A DNA stretch of 28,354 nucleotides. Source: a virus (Duplodnaviria > Caudoviricetes). Each line of letters starts with the position of its first letter. Position 1 is the first letter of the stretch. This document shows positions 18,101 to 25,805 of this stretch, piece after piece. The notes beneath the pieces are model-generated. The model was given only the letters and a program-made list of their open reading frames with translations. It had not been told where the DNA came from and searched no databases. The position numbers and the translations under genes are program-made. The stretch spans positions 1 through 28,354 of IMG/VR virus record IMGVR_UViG_3300030433_002720, one strand, 5' to 3'.

Positions 18101-18911
18101 CAGGAAGTGATTCATACACATCACCATTCCAATCAAAACTTATAGAATTACTACTTGTGATATCTATAGTTTCAATTCTTCTCCAAGTACCATTATTTCC
18201 AAATCTTACATATATAAAAATTTTCTCTACAAAACTAGGCTTGTTAGATATGGTATGACTAATAACATATTTTTGTATATTAGGTTCTGCTTTGTATACT
18301 TTAGAAAAACTACTTAATGAAGAATACTCTTTAGTATCATATTGATATCTCATAGCAAACTGAAAATCATTCGTAGAAAGAATATCATTTTCAGATGCAC
18401 TATTTATAGTTTTAAGTACGCTTAAAGAAAAGTTAGGAGTTTCTTTTATTAGTTTTAGTTGTGCTAATGTATGTGTCCCGTTTGCTGTTCTTGTTGTAAG
18501 CCAATATAAAGGAATACCACCTTCAGCATAATTCCAAACAAGAACATCTCCTATTTTTTTTAAAAATGGATCAAAGTCATTTGCAGCATATCCTCCTGAT
18601 AAATCTTCTATATTATGTTCGTAATCAAATAATTCAGTTGCCGTAGATCCAACTAATTTATACATTTTAACATCTTCAGAATCAGATGTTAAAAAATAAA
18701 TTATATTATCATCTTCACAAGCAGCTTTTATTGTACCTGTATATGATGCTAAGGAGTTTATACCTTCTATTTTTTTTATTGTACCTTGTCCTCCACTCAA
18801 TCCCGCATCAACAACTATGTTTTTTGCATCAATATAATCTCCTTTGGGTAAGAAGTATTCTTCCACATCTAAGTTGAGTCCTCCTGAAGCTAAAAGTTGT
18901 TCTTTCTGCAT
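15162..18911 (-). CDS. Tail nozzle/muzzle ('stabilisation', P22 gp10-like) protein
   Basis: Starts GGLNLDVEEYFLPKGDYIDAKNI; beta-propeller-like motifs (FQFAMRYQY, NRILLGN, GYGCQDVKSI...VYWWD); follows three ring-sized genes. Confidence 0.75.
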   Translation of the reverse strand: MQKEQLLASGGLNLDVEEYFLPKGDYIDAKNIVVDAGLSGGQGTIKKIEGINSLASYTGTIKAACEDDNIIYFLTSDSEDVKMYKLVGSTATELFDYEHNIEDLSGGYAANDFDPFLKKIGDVLVWNYAEGGIPLYWLTTRTANGTHTLAQLKLIKETPNFSLSVLKTINSASENDILSTNDFQFAMRYQYDTKEYSSLSSFSKVYKAEPNIQKYVISHTISNKPSFVEKIFIYVRFGNNGTWRRIETIDITSSNSISFDWNGDVYESLPDTISSKPFDAIPINTKALEVAENRILLGNNLDDYTLDNTNTIDISVLTNNGYQISTTNGNINTYLSNDVSDANNGINSSETSGDTHYHPFANNSTYEVGYAFYDDNMRTRGVEKSTTFKTGDFAYGSNGIVPTIKLTFSNNDVSTCYPSWAKYVQVLYSKNLSKSYVFEGYASAFWFELEEEGLADPLFSGQTRSTFETRRVLKLNLDAADTKNIKALVVDTMSMFRAGKVYTYTEGDRIRINLVTSSSASNNIIDMKILGQSGSLIFCEYNLGAIDLSNAYSYQEKNFFEIYSPKQVSEDENLVFYEGGNLIPISSFVDNTTNYFISQDGSNASITGQQPNGDMLFEKLELLEYTEAPFSDVATVSNTADTNPTETRANTSKNLQQNVVSNLNNYEVSIFSSYSTFASNGDGASFTADSLGLKFKNSYLKANQDSADDIRLWDGSATISLNVLSGTASNINITGKIELYHVQNGTETKIGTDFTHSSLTLTAAGTSTYNFGTGNHVFGNLSTSGINRDFNYDDVLKVKLKLNITMNMTSGGFAQVSLSTTADPLQLRFNGNKNDVTRTIEFDNDADVGGADDYLIRTISKSEKNPQWNTSAGKPNIEVTSNVVSRKKHNIKYSGKYIQGTNVNDLSSFFFLNEKEVPEENGAINALQRTSKLQTEGQVVLAICENETSSLYLNENIIVDGGGSSLIASSGKFLGSIRNLKGGYGCQDVKSIKEYRGNVYWWDSKKKKVIRYNRNGLSPISEINMRSYFSSQNTSPVGYMIPTYDMYVIDFGTNKAVGFSERNNRWISKYNGAIEYGIVLPTGSFKNSSNTVTKYGEQALFFKGTTVKAESSARFNSYMNAASSNAFIKFVLNTLTPVALENVSISQVGSDFVDYSQSNNLRASTFDIDIDNENSQTTKVKDVNSLLENKFIYGHIMRDSNSSGGIINGDYMVGSTNKVLLTLTDGNDDRDYKINLISIGYNPSSGHNL

Positions 18912-19669
18912 TAGTTTTTAATTGATCCATGAATACCTCTTCTTATTGATCGTAGTATATCTGCGAATGATAATGCATTTAATCTACTCTTCAATTTCTT
19001 TTTAGCAAGTACAAACTCTTGTTTTAACAAACCAATCTTATTAGCAGCAGCATTACTATTCAAAGATCTTTGATATTTAATATATTTATTAATTGTGTCT
19101 TCTGCGTATGGTGTTACTGTGTTAGCACTTGATGTTGTAATTCCATCACTTACATAAGTTACAGTTACCTCATCTACAGAAAGTGCATTATCAAATACTA
19201 GTTCACCATTAATTTTATCTATAGTGTAAGATTGTTTTTGATCGGCAGCTAATCCATAATGTCTACCAATGTTTTCACCTGTTTCGTTATATTGTCCAAA
19301 ATTATTTACTGTGCTATAAATAAGCTCATTATCAAAAGATACAGGAGCAGGATCAGGATGTTTTATTTTAGTTGTAGTTCCTTCTTCATAATTGTAATTA
19401 GTGTTTAGCTCTGGGTCTAATGATAATTGCAATAAGTGTTCTCCATATTTAGCACTTACATCTACAACATCCACGAAATCAGAAGGTAAGATGGCTCTTT
19501 GATAAGACGTAACATCAAGCTTAGTAATCTTCACATTTATAGGAATATCATAATTAAGTTCCTCTAAACATCTAATACCATAATGCAAAAACCTTACATA
19601 ATAATGCAAAGGTAATTGCAAGTCTAACAATGTGTTTCTAACTATATGATCAAGCGTTCTCGTTTTCAT
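18911..19669 (-). CDS. Tail ring / adaptor protein
   Basis: LPSDFVDV motif, helix-beta-helix layout, about 250 aa. Confidence 0.65.
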   Translation of the reverse strand: MKTRTLDHIVRNTLLDLQLPLHYYVRFLHYGIRCLEELNYDIPINVKITKLDVTSYQRAILPSDFVDVVDVSAKYGEHLLQLSLDPELNTNYNYEEGTTTKIKHPDPAPVSFDNELIYSTVNNFGQYNETGENIGRHYGLAADQKQSYTIDKINGELVFDNALSVDEVTVTYVSDGITTSSANTVTPYAEDTINKYIKYQRSLNSNAAANKIGLLKQEFVLAKKKLKSRLNALSFADILRSIRRGIHGSIKN

Positions 19670-20339
19670 GTTTAGCTGCTAATTCTTGTTGTGAAATTCT
19701 ACCATTACTAATTTGTCCTAGAACTTCTTGTATTACATCAGATTCCACTTCGGGATTGATAGGTAATAAATCAGTTCCTGCAAACTTACTCATATCATTT
19801 ACTAATAAAATAATATGTACTTGTGTTACACCAGCTGTTCTTATATCTGATGTAAAATAAATTCTTTTTCCTTCTAGATAATATCCTATTTGTTGTTCTA
19901 AATACGATGAGTTTACACCTGCATTTTGTGCATTGGTGTCCGTATCATAAGAAACCCCCATTATTTGGAAGTCTTGAGATGATATAGGAATGTACGGATT
20001 ATGTGGATTAGATGTGCTAATAACCTGCCAAACGCCCATGTCGTTAGGTAAACTGAGAGGGATAGCAGGAAGATCAACATAAGCCCTATCATTTGTAGCA
20101 TCGGCAGTAACACTCTGATTTTCATATTTAATTAAATTGCATCTTGGTATATCTACATAACCTTCTTGAAACCTCTCAAAGGTTTGTACTTTTAATATTT
20201 TATTTATAGCCTGTTCAACTAATATATGTAGTTCTCTACTATCTAAAGATTCGTTTGTGCCTTGTATATTTTCTTTATCAATATACCTAGCATAGTTTCT
20301 TTGGATCTGTTCTACTATTTTATTTTTAGTTGTTGCCAT
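19650..20339 (-). CDS. Tail ring / adaptor protein
   Basis: Helix-beta-helix layout, YYLEGKRIYF, C-terminal LPINPEVESDVIQEVL; position in the block. Confidence 0.6.
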   Translation of the reverse strand: MATTKNKIVEQIQRNYARYIDKENIQGTNESLDSRELHILVEQAINKILKVQTFERFQEGYVDIPRCNLIKYENQSVTADATNDRAYVDLPAIPLSLPNDMGVWQVISTSNPHNPYIPISSQDFQIMGVSYDTDTNAQNAGVNSSYLEQQIGYYLEGKRIYFTSDIRTAGVTQVHIILLVNDMSKFAGTDLLPINPEVESDVIQEVLGQISNGRISQQELAAKHENENA

Positions 20340-21021
20340 CTCTTACTTGGTTATTGTCTATAATACTTTCAGCTTGTATAATCTCTGCATCTTTAATAGG
20401 AAAACCTAAGTATGTCAATGCTCTATTTACAATATCTGAAAAAGATCTTTCATCCCAATCAAGGTCTGTACTTGTACCTTGATTTTGGGTTATAACGCCA
20501 TTGCTTTCTGTGTATCCATATACACCATTAGTAGGCTTTTTAAAATACAATAAAACGAAATTGTATGTACCAGAAGATGGTCTTGGTGCTACTTGAATTT
20601 TGCCATCATATATTGTTGCTATTGGTTTGTATTCAGATGTAGCTGTATTAATAACGGGAGGGACGATAGAGGAATTCTTTCTGTCAATGAAAGAATCCCA
20701 CTTCATCAAATTCCCTTCATGTAAATTATTACTTGAATCTTTGTAATAAAAAGTAATTGCTTCTATAAAGTTAGCATCAATACTAGATAATGTTTTTTCT
20801 CCATTATCTGACGATGTTAAAGTAAAATTAGTTTGTTTTAAGAATATATGATCGTAATCAAAGAGTTCTGTTTTTTTATAATTTTTTACTAATTGATCAA
20901 ACAAATCAAATTGAGCTCTATTGATAGCCCTATCTATATCATTAGGAGAAACAAATCCCCCATAATTTTTTTTGATAGTACCTCTAATAAAGTCATGTAA
21001 GTCCTCAATTAGTATTGCCAT
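20326..21021 (-). CDS. Tail ring / adaptor protein
   Basis: SPNDIDRAINRAQ...LYFKKP...DIVNRALTYLG, typical of tail-tubular/adaptor proteins. Confidence 0.65.
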   Translation of the reverse strand: MAILIEDLHDFIRGTIKKNYGGFVSPNDIDRAINRAQFDLFDQLVKNYKKTELFDYDHIFLKQTNFTLTSSDNGEKTLSSIDANFIEAITFYYKDSSNNLHEGNLMKWDSFIDRKNSSIVPPVINTATSEYKPIATIYDGKIQVAPRPSSGTYNFVLLYFKKPTNGVYGYTESNGVITQNQGTSTDLDWDERSFSDIVNRALTYLGFPIKDAEIIQAESIIDNNQVRDGNN

Positions 21022-21405
21022 TTACTCTTTTATATACTCTTTAAACGTGTTCATAAAACTTGGTGCTAGTTTAACATCACCAAATTCATCTATACCTACA
21101 GGTTCTGATAAGACTCTAACTGAATCCTCCTGGTTTAAAAACTCTGTGATAGCTTTGTTAAACTTCTCAACGTTTTTCTTAGGAATCTCCACTTGTCCAT
21201 CTTTCTCATTACCATACTTCTTAAAAATCTCTTGCCTCTGCTTCTCAATAGTTTCAGAAACTTTAGCAACTTCATCTCTAAATCTAGCCATTTTATAGCC
21301 TAATTTAGCACTAACTCCCTGCCCTTCGGCAGCTCTTTCAAAAGACATCAAAGCTATTCCTAGAGCTTGAATGTCTATAACCTTCATTGTTTTTTCTTCA
21401 AACAT
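21022..21405 (-). CDS. Conserved phage protein, DUF1617-like (possible tail chaperone)
   Basis: KLGYKMAR...EKQRQEIFKKYG...FNKAITEFLNQE pattern. Confidence 0.5.
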   Translation of the reverse strand: MFEEKTMKVIDIQALGIALMSFERAAEGQGVSAKLGYKMARFRDEVAKVSETIEKQRQEIFKKYGNEKDGQVEIPKKNVEKFNKAITEFLNQEDSVRVLSEPVGIDEFGDVKLAPSFMNTFKEYIKE

Positions 21406-21433
21406 AATTGTATTATTTAGATTGTTTTATAAG

Positions 21434-21441
21434 TAAAGATA
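21434..21441 (-). promoter_or_regulatory. Bacteroidota -7-like promoter box (TATCTTTA)
   Basis: One mismatch to TAnnTTTG; intergenic, upstream of the tail block. Confidence 0.45.
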
Positions 21442-21467
21442 ACTAATATAAATTTATTTTAGTTATC

Positions 21468-21677
21468 CTAGCGTAGCACTGTAGATGTTTTTCTTACACC
21501 TAATTTTTCCAACACTACTTTTATTATTGATATGCCAATAATAAATGATATAAAGTTCTCTATTACTAATGCATATAATATAAGATTCCAATTGAACCAT
21601 ATACCTATTAGTAAAAAGACTGCTTCAACCCCGTAAGATGCCCTTATAGAGTCTAAGTTTTTAATTCTATCTAACAT
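21468..21677 (-). CDS. Small membrane protein, weakly YgaP/DUF2892-like
   Basis: Two hydrophobic segments and a C-terminal VLEKLGV; no Cys. Confidence 0.45.
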   Translation of the reverse strand: MLDRIKNLDSIRASYGVEAVFLLIGIWFNWNLILYALVIENFISFIIGISIIKVVLEKLGVRKTSTVLR

Positions 21678-21700
21678 GATTAATTATTTAATTGAACAAA

Positions 21701-22006
21701 TTACCATTTGACTTTATCTGCCCAATAAGCAGCAGACATTTTGCCTCTAGCAATATTTTTTGCGTGACGAGCCTTGAAGGACTTTCTTTTCATTTTCATC
21801 CTTCTAGATTCTCCTTTCTTTGGTTTACCAGCTGTTCCAGAAAGAGTTCCTACTCTTTTACCTTGTTGACCAAATCTTATCGTTTTGATTTTACTACCTT
21901 CTTTAGCTACTACAATATGAGATTTTGTAGGATGACCAGGAGTACGTTTTGGTTTGTTGTAACCTCTTACACCTGCTCTTTTTAGTCTAGGATCTTTCTT
22001 TCTCAT
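21701..22006 (-). CDS. 101-aa very basic phage protein
   Basis: KSHIVVAKEG...IRFGQQG...KSFKARH...SAAYWADKVKW; ATGA-coupled. Confidence 0.75.
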   Translation of the reverse strand: MRKKDPRLKRAGVRGYNKPKRTPGHPTKSHIVVAKEGSKIKTIRFGQQGKRVGTLSGTAGKPKKGESRRMKMKRKSFKARHAKNIARGKMSAAYWADKVKW

Positions 22007-22191
22007 ATACTATCTTTCTGTAATAATAATGAATCTTCTACAATTTCTTGAGGTTCGGGATTGTTAAATTCACCCGCTTTGTATTTACCATATAAGCCAC
22101 CACATATGCCTAACACAGCTATAAACATAATAAACCAATGTACATTTTCTTCAAAATCTAACTCATCAAAAAACTTTCCTATCTTATTCAT
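22003..22191 (-). CDS. Single-TM small protein
   Basis: WFIMFIAVLGICGGLYG; overlaps both neighbours. Confidence 0.6.
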   Translation of the reverse strand: MNKIGKFFDELDFEENVHWFIMFIAVLGICGGLYGKYKAGEFNNPEPQEIVEDSLLLQKDSI

Positions 22192-22276
22192 CTTTAAAAT
22201 ATTTATTCATTAATGTTATAAAAAAAATAAAAATACAAGCTACTGTTAATAGTACAAACATCGCTTCCTCTTTCAT
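22184..22276 (-). CDS. 30-aa single-TM microprotein MKEEAMFVLLTVACIFIFFITLMNKYFKDE (not in track)
   Basis: Translated by hand. ATGA overlap at 22273-22276; fills the gap exactly. Confidence 0.65.
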   Translation of the reverse strand: MKEEAMFVLLTVACIFIFFITLMNKYFKDE

Positions 22277-22668
22277 GCTCTTCTTACTTTTCTTGCTACA
22301 TTTTTACTATACTTAGCTCTTTGCTTTCCTGCTTTACTTGCAGCTCTTTTTCTTCTATTGGTTGCGGCTTTTTGAGATGGTGTCAAACTTTTTCTTACAC
22401 TAGCAGGTAAATACCTACCTCTTTTAGCTCTAGGTTTTTTTGCATCTCCTTTAGATACATAATCCCATTTTTGTTTAGACCATTTAGTTAGTTTGTTTTT
22501 TGATGATTTTGCTCCTCTATATCCTCCTCCTGCTTTCTTATATCTAGCAGTTGCTAATTGAGCCTTTCTTGCAGACCATTGTCCTGATCTTCCACCTTTA
22601 GATCCTCTTTTAACACTTGCTACTATTCTTTTCCAAAGAGCAGGTTTTGTTTTCTTAGCACTTGCCAT
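22273..22668 (-). CDS. 131-aa very basic protein, DUF5872-like
   Basis: GQWSARKAQLA...YKKAGGGY...KWSKQKW...RYLP. Confidence 0.75.
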   Translation of the reverse strand: MASAKKTKPALWKRIVASVKRGSKGGRSGQWSARKAQLATARYKKAGGGYRGAKSSKNKLTKWSKQKWDYVSKGDAKKPRAKRGRYLPASVRKSLTPSQKAATNRRKRAASKAGKQRAKYSKNVARKVRRA

Positions 22669-22669
22669 C

Positions 22670-22987
22670 TTAATTGTTTTTCCAAATTATGTAGTTACTA
22701 TTTTGCCAAAACTCATTTGTGTTTTTTACATCTACAACTACAGATTGTTTATCTACATTAAATCCTACTTCTAATATAGCGTTTTCTATAGCAAAAAAAT
22801 CTACATAATGATCTTTTTTAAACTCTATATTAAAAGTTACTTCTTCTATATCTACATTTACTTTATCTACAAAGTATACTTTCTCTATATTCTTTTGAGC
22901 ATTTAATGAACATATACTGCAAGCCAACCCCGTAACTTTCATAGTTACGTTATTAAGAGCTAAAAAAAATGCTAGTATATACATCAT
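22670..22987 (-). CDS. Heavy-metal-associated (HMA, CopZ/MerP-like) domain protein with a short hydrophobic leader
   Basis: MKVTGLACSIC (GxxCxxC)...VDKVNVDIEE...IENAILEVGFNV. Confidence 0.8.
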   Translation of the reverse strand: MMYILAFFLALNNVTMKVTGLACSICSLNAQKNIEKVYFVDKVNVDIEEVTFNIEFKKDHYVDFFAIENAILEVGFNVDKQSVVVDVKNTNEFWQNSNYIIWKNN

Positions 22988-23289
22988 CTTTTATACACTT
23001 TATCTTCTAATTCTTTAATTGATTCTTTATTATCTAGTATATCTTCTTTAAGAACTTCAGTTGACTTTTCTATCTGTATAATGGTAGATCTTACAAGTTC
23101 ATCTTTTAATTGAAACTCCATTTTTTGAACAAACTCCTCACTACTAAAGTTGTCTATTTTATTATTAAGTTCTTGTATTTCTCCCTGTAGGGTGAACCAC
23201 ATACTAGCTAGTGATATTACACCGCCAACTAATAAGCCAATTGTTTTAAGGTCTAATTTTACTTCTGTGTCTTCGTTAATTTTTGTCAT
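22984..23289 (-). CDS. TM plus coiled-coil protein (paralogue B)
   Basis: KLDLKTIGLLVGGVISLASMWFTLQGEI; ends LEDKVYKR. Confidence 0.7.
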   Translation of the reverse strand: MTKINEDTEVKLDLKTIGLLVGGVISLASMWFTLQGEIQELNNKIDNFSSEEFVQKMEFQLKDELVRSTIIQIEKSTEVLKEDILDNKESIKELEDKVYKR

Positions 23290-23621
23290 TATTTTCTAAG
23301 TTGGTTTATATATTCTTGTATATTGTCTTTTGTTACGGGTAATTTAAAATCTAATCCAGCTTGATAAGTTTGTACTCTTTTACCATCTAACCAAATTAAT
23401 ATGACAGGAACAGATTTAATTTGACTTTTAAGGTTACTAGGTTGTTCTTCTAACCAAGCGTACTCGTATTTACAACCTTTTAAATTATCTAAGTATAATG
23501 TGTTTTGTTGATTCCACTTTGCATTTATTTGAACAACTCTTATTTTTTGATTACTACTAGCACGTTGACTATAACCCGTATATCCAAACAATAAAAATAT
23601 AATTAAAATTAATTTTTTCAT
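23289..23621 (-). CDS. Secreted thioredoxin-fold-like protein lacking CxxC
   Basis: Signal peptide MKKLILIIFLLFGYTGYSQ; VVQINAKWN where Trx has FxAxWC; cis-Pro motif IKSVPVILIWLDGK. Confidence 0.65.
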   Translation of the reverse strand: MKKLILIIFLLFGYTGYSQRASSNQKIRVVQINAKWNQQNTLYLDNLKGCKYEYAWLEEQPSNLKSQIKSVPVILIWLDGKRVQTYQAGLDFKLPVTKDNIQEYINQLRK

Positions 23622-23920
23622 CTTTTGTATACTTTATTTTCTAGGTCGTTTACTTTGTCTTCTAACTTTTCAATTTCTTTTTCTAAGTATTGTACTTTTT
23701 GTTTTAGCAATAATCCATCAGAAGTTTCTTTTACTTCATAAGCAGGTAGTTCTTTAGCTAATTCTATCTCTTGCTTGAGATTATTATAGCCCATAGTACC
23801 AGATATAATAAATCCTATAACGATAGCAATGCTTTTAACATCAACTTTAAAATCTGGCTTTTTGTCGCCATCTATATCAATACCTATTGTTTTATCTCCT
23901 AGTTCTTCTATTTGCTTCAT
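23618..23920 (-). CDS. TM plus coiled-coil protein (paralogue A)
   Basis: KVDVKSIAIVIGFIISGTMGYNNLKQEI; ends LENKVYKR. Confidence 0.7.
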   Translation of the reverse strand: MKQIEELGDKTIGIDIDGDKKPDFKVDVKSIAIVIGFIISGTMGYNNLKQEIELAKELPAYEVKETSDGLLLKQKVQYLEKEIEKLEDKVNDLENKVYKR

Positions 23921-24198
23921 CTAAATATATCGTATATGTATTTACCTATTAAACCAAAGACACCTAAACCAATCCCCGTTCTCCACTTAGTAGTGTCTTT
24001 TCTAAATTCTGTGTTTGCTTGAACCTCAGACCATAACCCTTCCTTTGGGTCAAACAAATTCTTTTTAATAAAACGTAAGTCGTCTTTTACCTCTTTATGG
24101 GCAACATCGTTACTTTGCTTTATAGCTTTTATTTCTACAAATATTTGTTCAACCTGATACTCAATTAACTTTAAGTTATCTTTCTCAGCTTTGTTCAT
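23917..24198 (-). CDS. Coiled-coil protein with a C-terminal TM helix (XhlA/holin-like layout)
   Basis: Helical N-terminus, then WRTGIGLGVFGLIGKYIYDIF. Confidence 0.55.
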   Translation of the reverse strand: MNKAEKDNLKLIEYQVEQIFVEIKAIKQSNDVAHKEVKDDLRFIKKNLFDPKEGLWSEVQANTEFRKDTTKWRTGIGLGVFGLIGKYIYDIFR

Positions 24199-24201
24199 TT
24201 A

Positions 24202-24573
24202 CTAAACGTCTTTGTACTCTTTCCAAGTATCGTCTGCTTTCATTGCAGTATATGCCTGTACAACTGGATTTTTAGCAGTTGCTTTTGTATCCATTTCAAC
24301 AGAACCACCTACTTGACAAATCCACTCATTTGGATTTTTGTCTCTAGATGCTTTGTCTTTGTATACATTTGCATTCCAGTTACCATAAGAGTTTTGTACC
24401 CACTTAGTTTCCATAACAGCTTCACTTTTTAAAGTTCCGTCTTCGTTATATTTAGCAGGTGTTTTTTCACTTGTAACTTGATTGCTATTGCAAGACCAGT
24501 TTACACTATTGATTTTAACATATGCTTTTGCAATGTCAATACCTTTCCAAGAGTATGCTCCTTCTAATGCCAT
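24202..24573 (-). CDS. Probable tail-fibre-associated / assembly protein
   Basis: MALEGAYSWKGIDIAKAYVKI...NPVVQAYTAMK; follows the fibre genes. Confidence 0.5.
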   Translation of the reverse strand: MALEGAYSWKGIDIAKAYVKINSVNWSCNSNQVTSEKTPAKYNEDGTLKSEAVMETKWVQNSYGNWNANVYKDKASRDKNPNEWICQVGGSVEMDTKATAKNPVVQAYTAMKADDTWKEYKDV

Positions 24574-24597
24574 AATTTAAAAATTTATTTATTTAAA

Positions 24598-24605
24598 CAA
24601 AAATA
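24598..24605 (-). promoter_or_regulatory. Bacteroidota -7 promoter box TATTTTTG
   Basis: Exact TAnnTTTG; intergenic, followed by an A/T-rich leader to ATG 24573. Confidence 0.55.
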
Positions 24606-24651
24606 ACCTAAAAAGGTTAAATACCTTTTATTACAAGAACAACTATGTAAT

Positions 24652-25233
24652 CTATGGAGCAGCATTACCACGACCACCGCCACCTCCACCACCTCCGCCT
24701 CCAGACGCAGCAGCTTGGCTTACAGCTGTAGATCTTGTAGTTGTAGTGTTTGCATCACCCAATCCCCCACCAGTTGTTCCAACATCAAATGTAATTACTA
24801 TGTTACCACTTCTAGCACTACCACTATTAGCGGCAACACTAAATGTTACAGTTCCATCTCCTGTGTCTTTTAAACTACTTCCTTCATTACCAGATGTAAT
24901 TGTTACCCAACTAGGTTTTGAAGACACATAAAATGTAGAATATTCTGCATGTGTAACCGTTATTGTTCCTGCACTACTATGAGAACCACTTGAAAATTGA
25001 CTAAATGATGCAGGTGTAGTTCCTAACGTAACACTATGTTCGTAAGAAAAAAACTCTTTTAATTGATGAGGAGCTGATGTATCGGGTTTATTGTCATTAA
25101 GATTAGTAACATTTATTGTACCATTAGTACCATCATTTAATTCTTTTAAAGATGTATTTGCAGTAGTACCAGTTCTACCTAGTTCTACATTAATGTCATT
25201 CATAGAAATTTGTCCTGATACGGGTAGTGTCAT
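24652..25233 (-). CDS. Tail-associated adhesin-like protein with a BACON-like Ig domain and poly-Gly tail
   Basis: N-terminal MTLPVSGQISMNDINVELG; SSKPSWVTIT...TVTFSVAANSGSARSGNIVIT; ends G10-RGNAAP. Confidence 0.7.
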   Translation of the reverse strand: MTLPVSGQISMNDINVELGRTGTTANTSLKELNDGTNGTINVTNLNDNKPDTSAPHQLKEFFSYEHSVTLGTTPASFSQFSSGSHSSAGTITVTHAEYSTFYVSSKPSWVTITSGNEGSSLKDTGDGTVTFSVAANSGSARSGNIVITFDVGTTGGGLGDANTTTTRSTAVSQAAASGGGGGGGGGGRGNAAP

Positions 25234-25805
25234 CCTTTATAATTTACAAGTGGTACTTTATATATATCTTTTGTGTAGTATTTGTTATCTGGGGGATTAA
25301 TAGAAACCTCATGATGTTCTACTTCATCAAAACCTAAATCTGAATCATTATTCCAATAAGTTACTTTACAAGTAGATTTTGCATGTCTTTCTACTAAAGG
25401 TCTTAAAGCGTGTCTATACTCATCCCCATAAGTGTCTTGTAATATACAATCGTATTTACCATACTTATCTAATACCTCTATCCACAAACCCTCTATTATA
25501 GTTACATTAGGTTTGTCTTTTGCCCATTCTTTAAGTCTTGGTATAATATCTTTATGGCACTCTACTATAGTGTGTGATTTAGGTTTTTTTAACTGTATTG
25601 CATCAGATAATATACCCATACCAAATCCTATCTCTAATACATCATCTCCTTCACTCACACAAAGCTCTGCCATTTTATCCATTATAGGTTGTTCCCAATC
25701 CATCATTACTTGGTAAGTTTCATCGTTTTCGGGATTGACCCAATAAATACCATTATCATCAAATGTTAAATCTGCTGCTCTATAATTTTCTGCAAATGTT
25801 GGCAT
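25230..25805 (-). CDS. Class I SAM methyltransferase, GAMT/Rmt2-like
   Basis: VMMDWEQPIM, VLEIGFGMGI, HTIVECH, EGLW and YDCILQDTY parallel GAMT VMERWETPYM, VLEVGFGMAI, HWIIEC, KGLW and FDGILYDTY. Confidence 0.85.
   Translation of the reverse strand: MPTFAENYRAADLTFDDNGIYWVNPENDETYQVMMDWEQPIMDKMAELCVSEGDDVLEIGFGMGILSDAIQLKKPKSHTIVECHKDIIPRLKEWAKDKPNVTIIEGLWIEVLDKYGKYDCILQDTYGDEYRHALRPLVERHAKSTCKVTYWNNDSDLGFDEVEHHEVSINPPDNKYYTKDIYKVPLVNYKG

Noticed and set aside
24611-24629. Inverted repeat AAAAGGT-TAAAT-ACCTTTT as a terminator
   Set aside because: Only two GC pairs, too weak to call; an operator role beside the -7 box cannot be excluded.
24672-24702. GC-rich CCN repeat as a DNA element
   Set aside because: It is simply the poly-Gly codon run of the BACON-like gene.
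4599-25716. All + strand track ORFs in the late region (e.g. 4599-4814, 12888-13514, 20972-21298, 21692-21985)
   Set aside because: They lie opposite coupled minus-strand genes, and their F/L/S-rich composition is what the reverse complement of K/E-rich genes gives.
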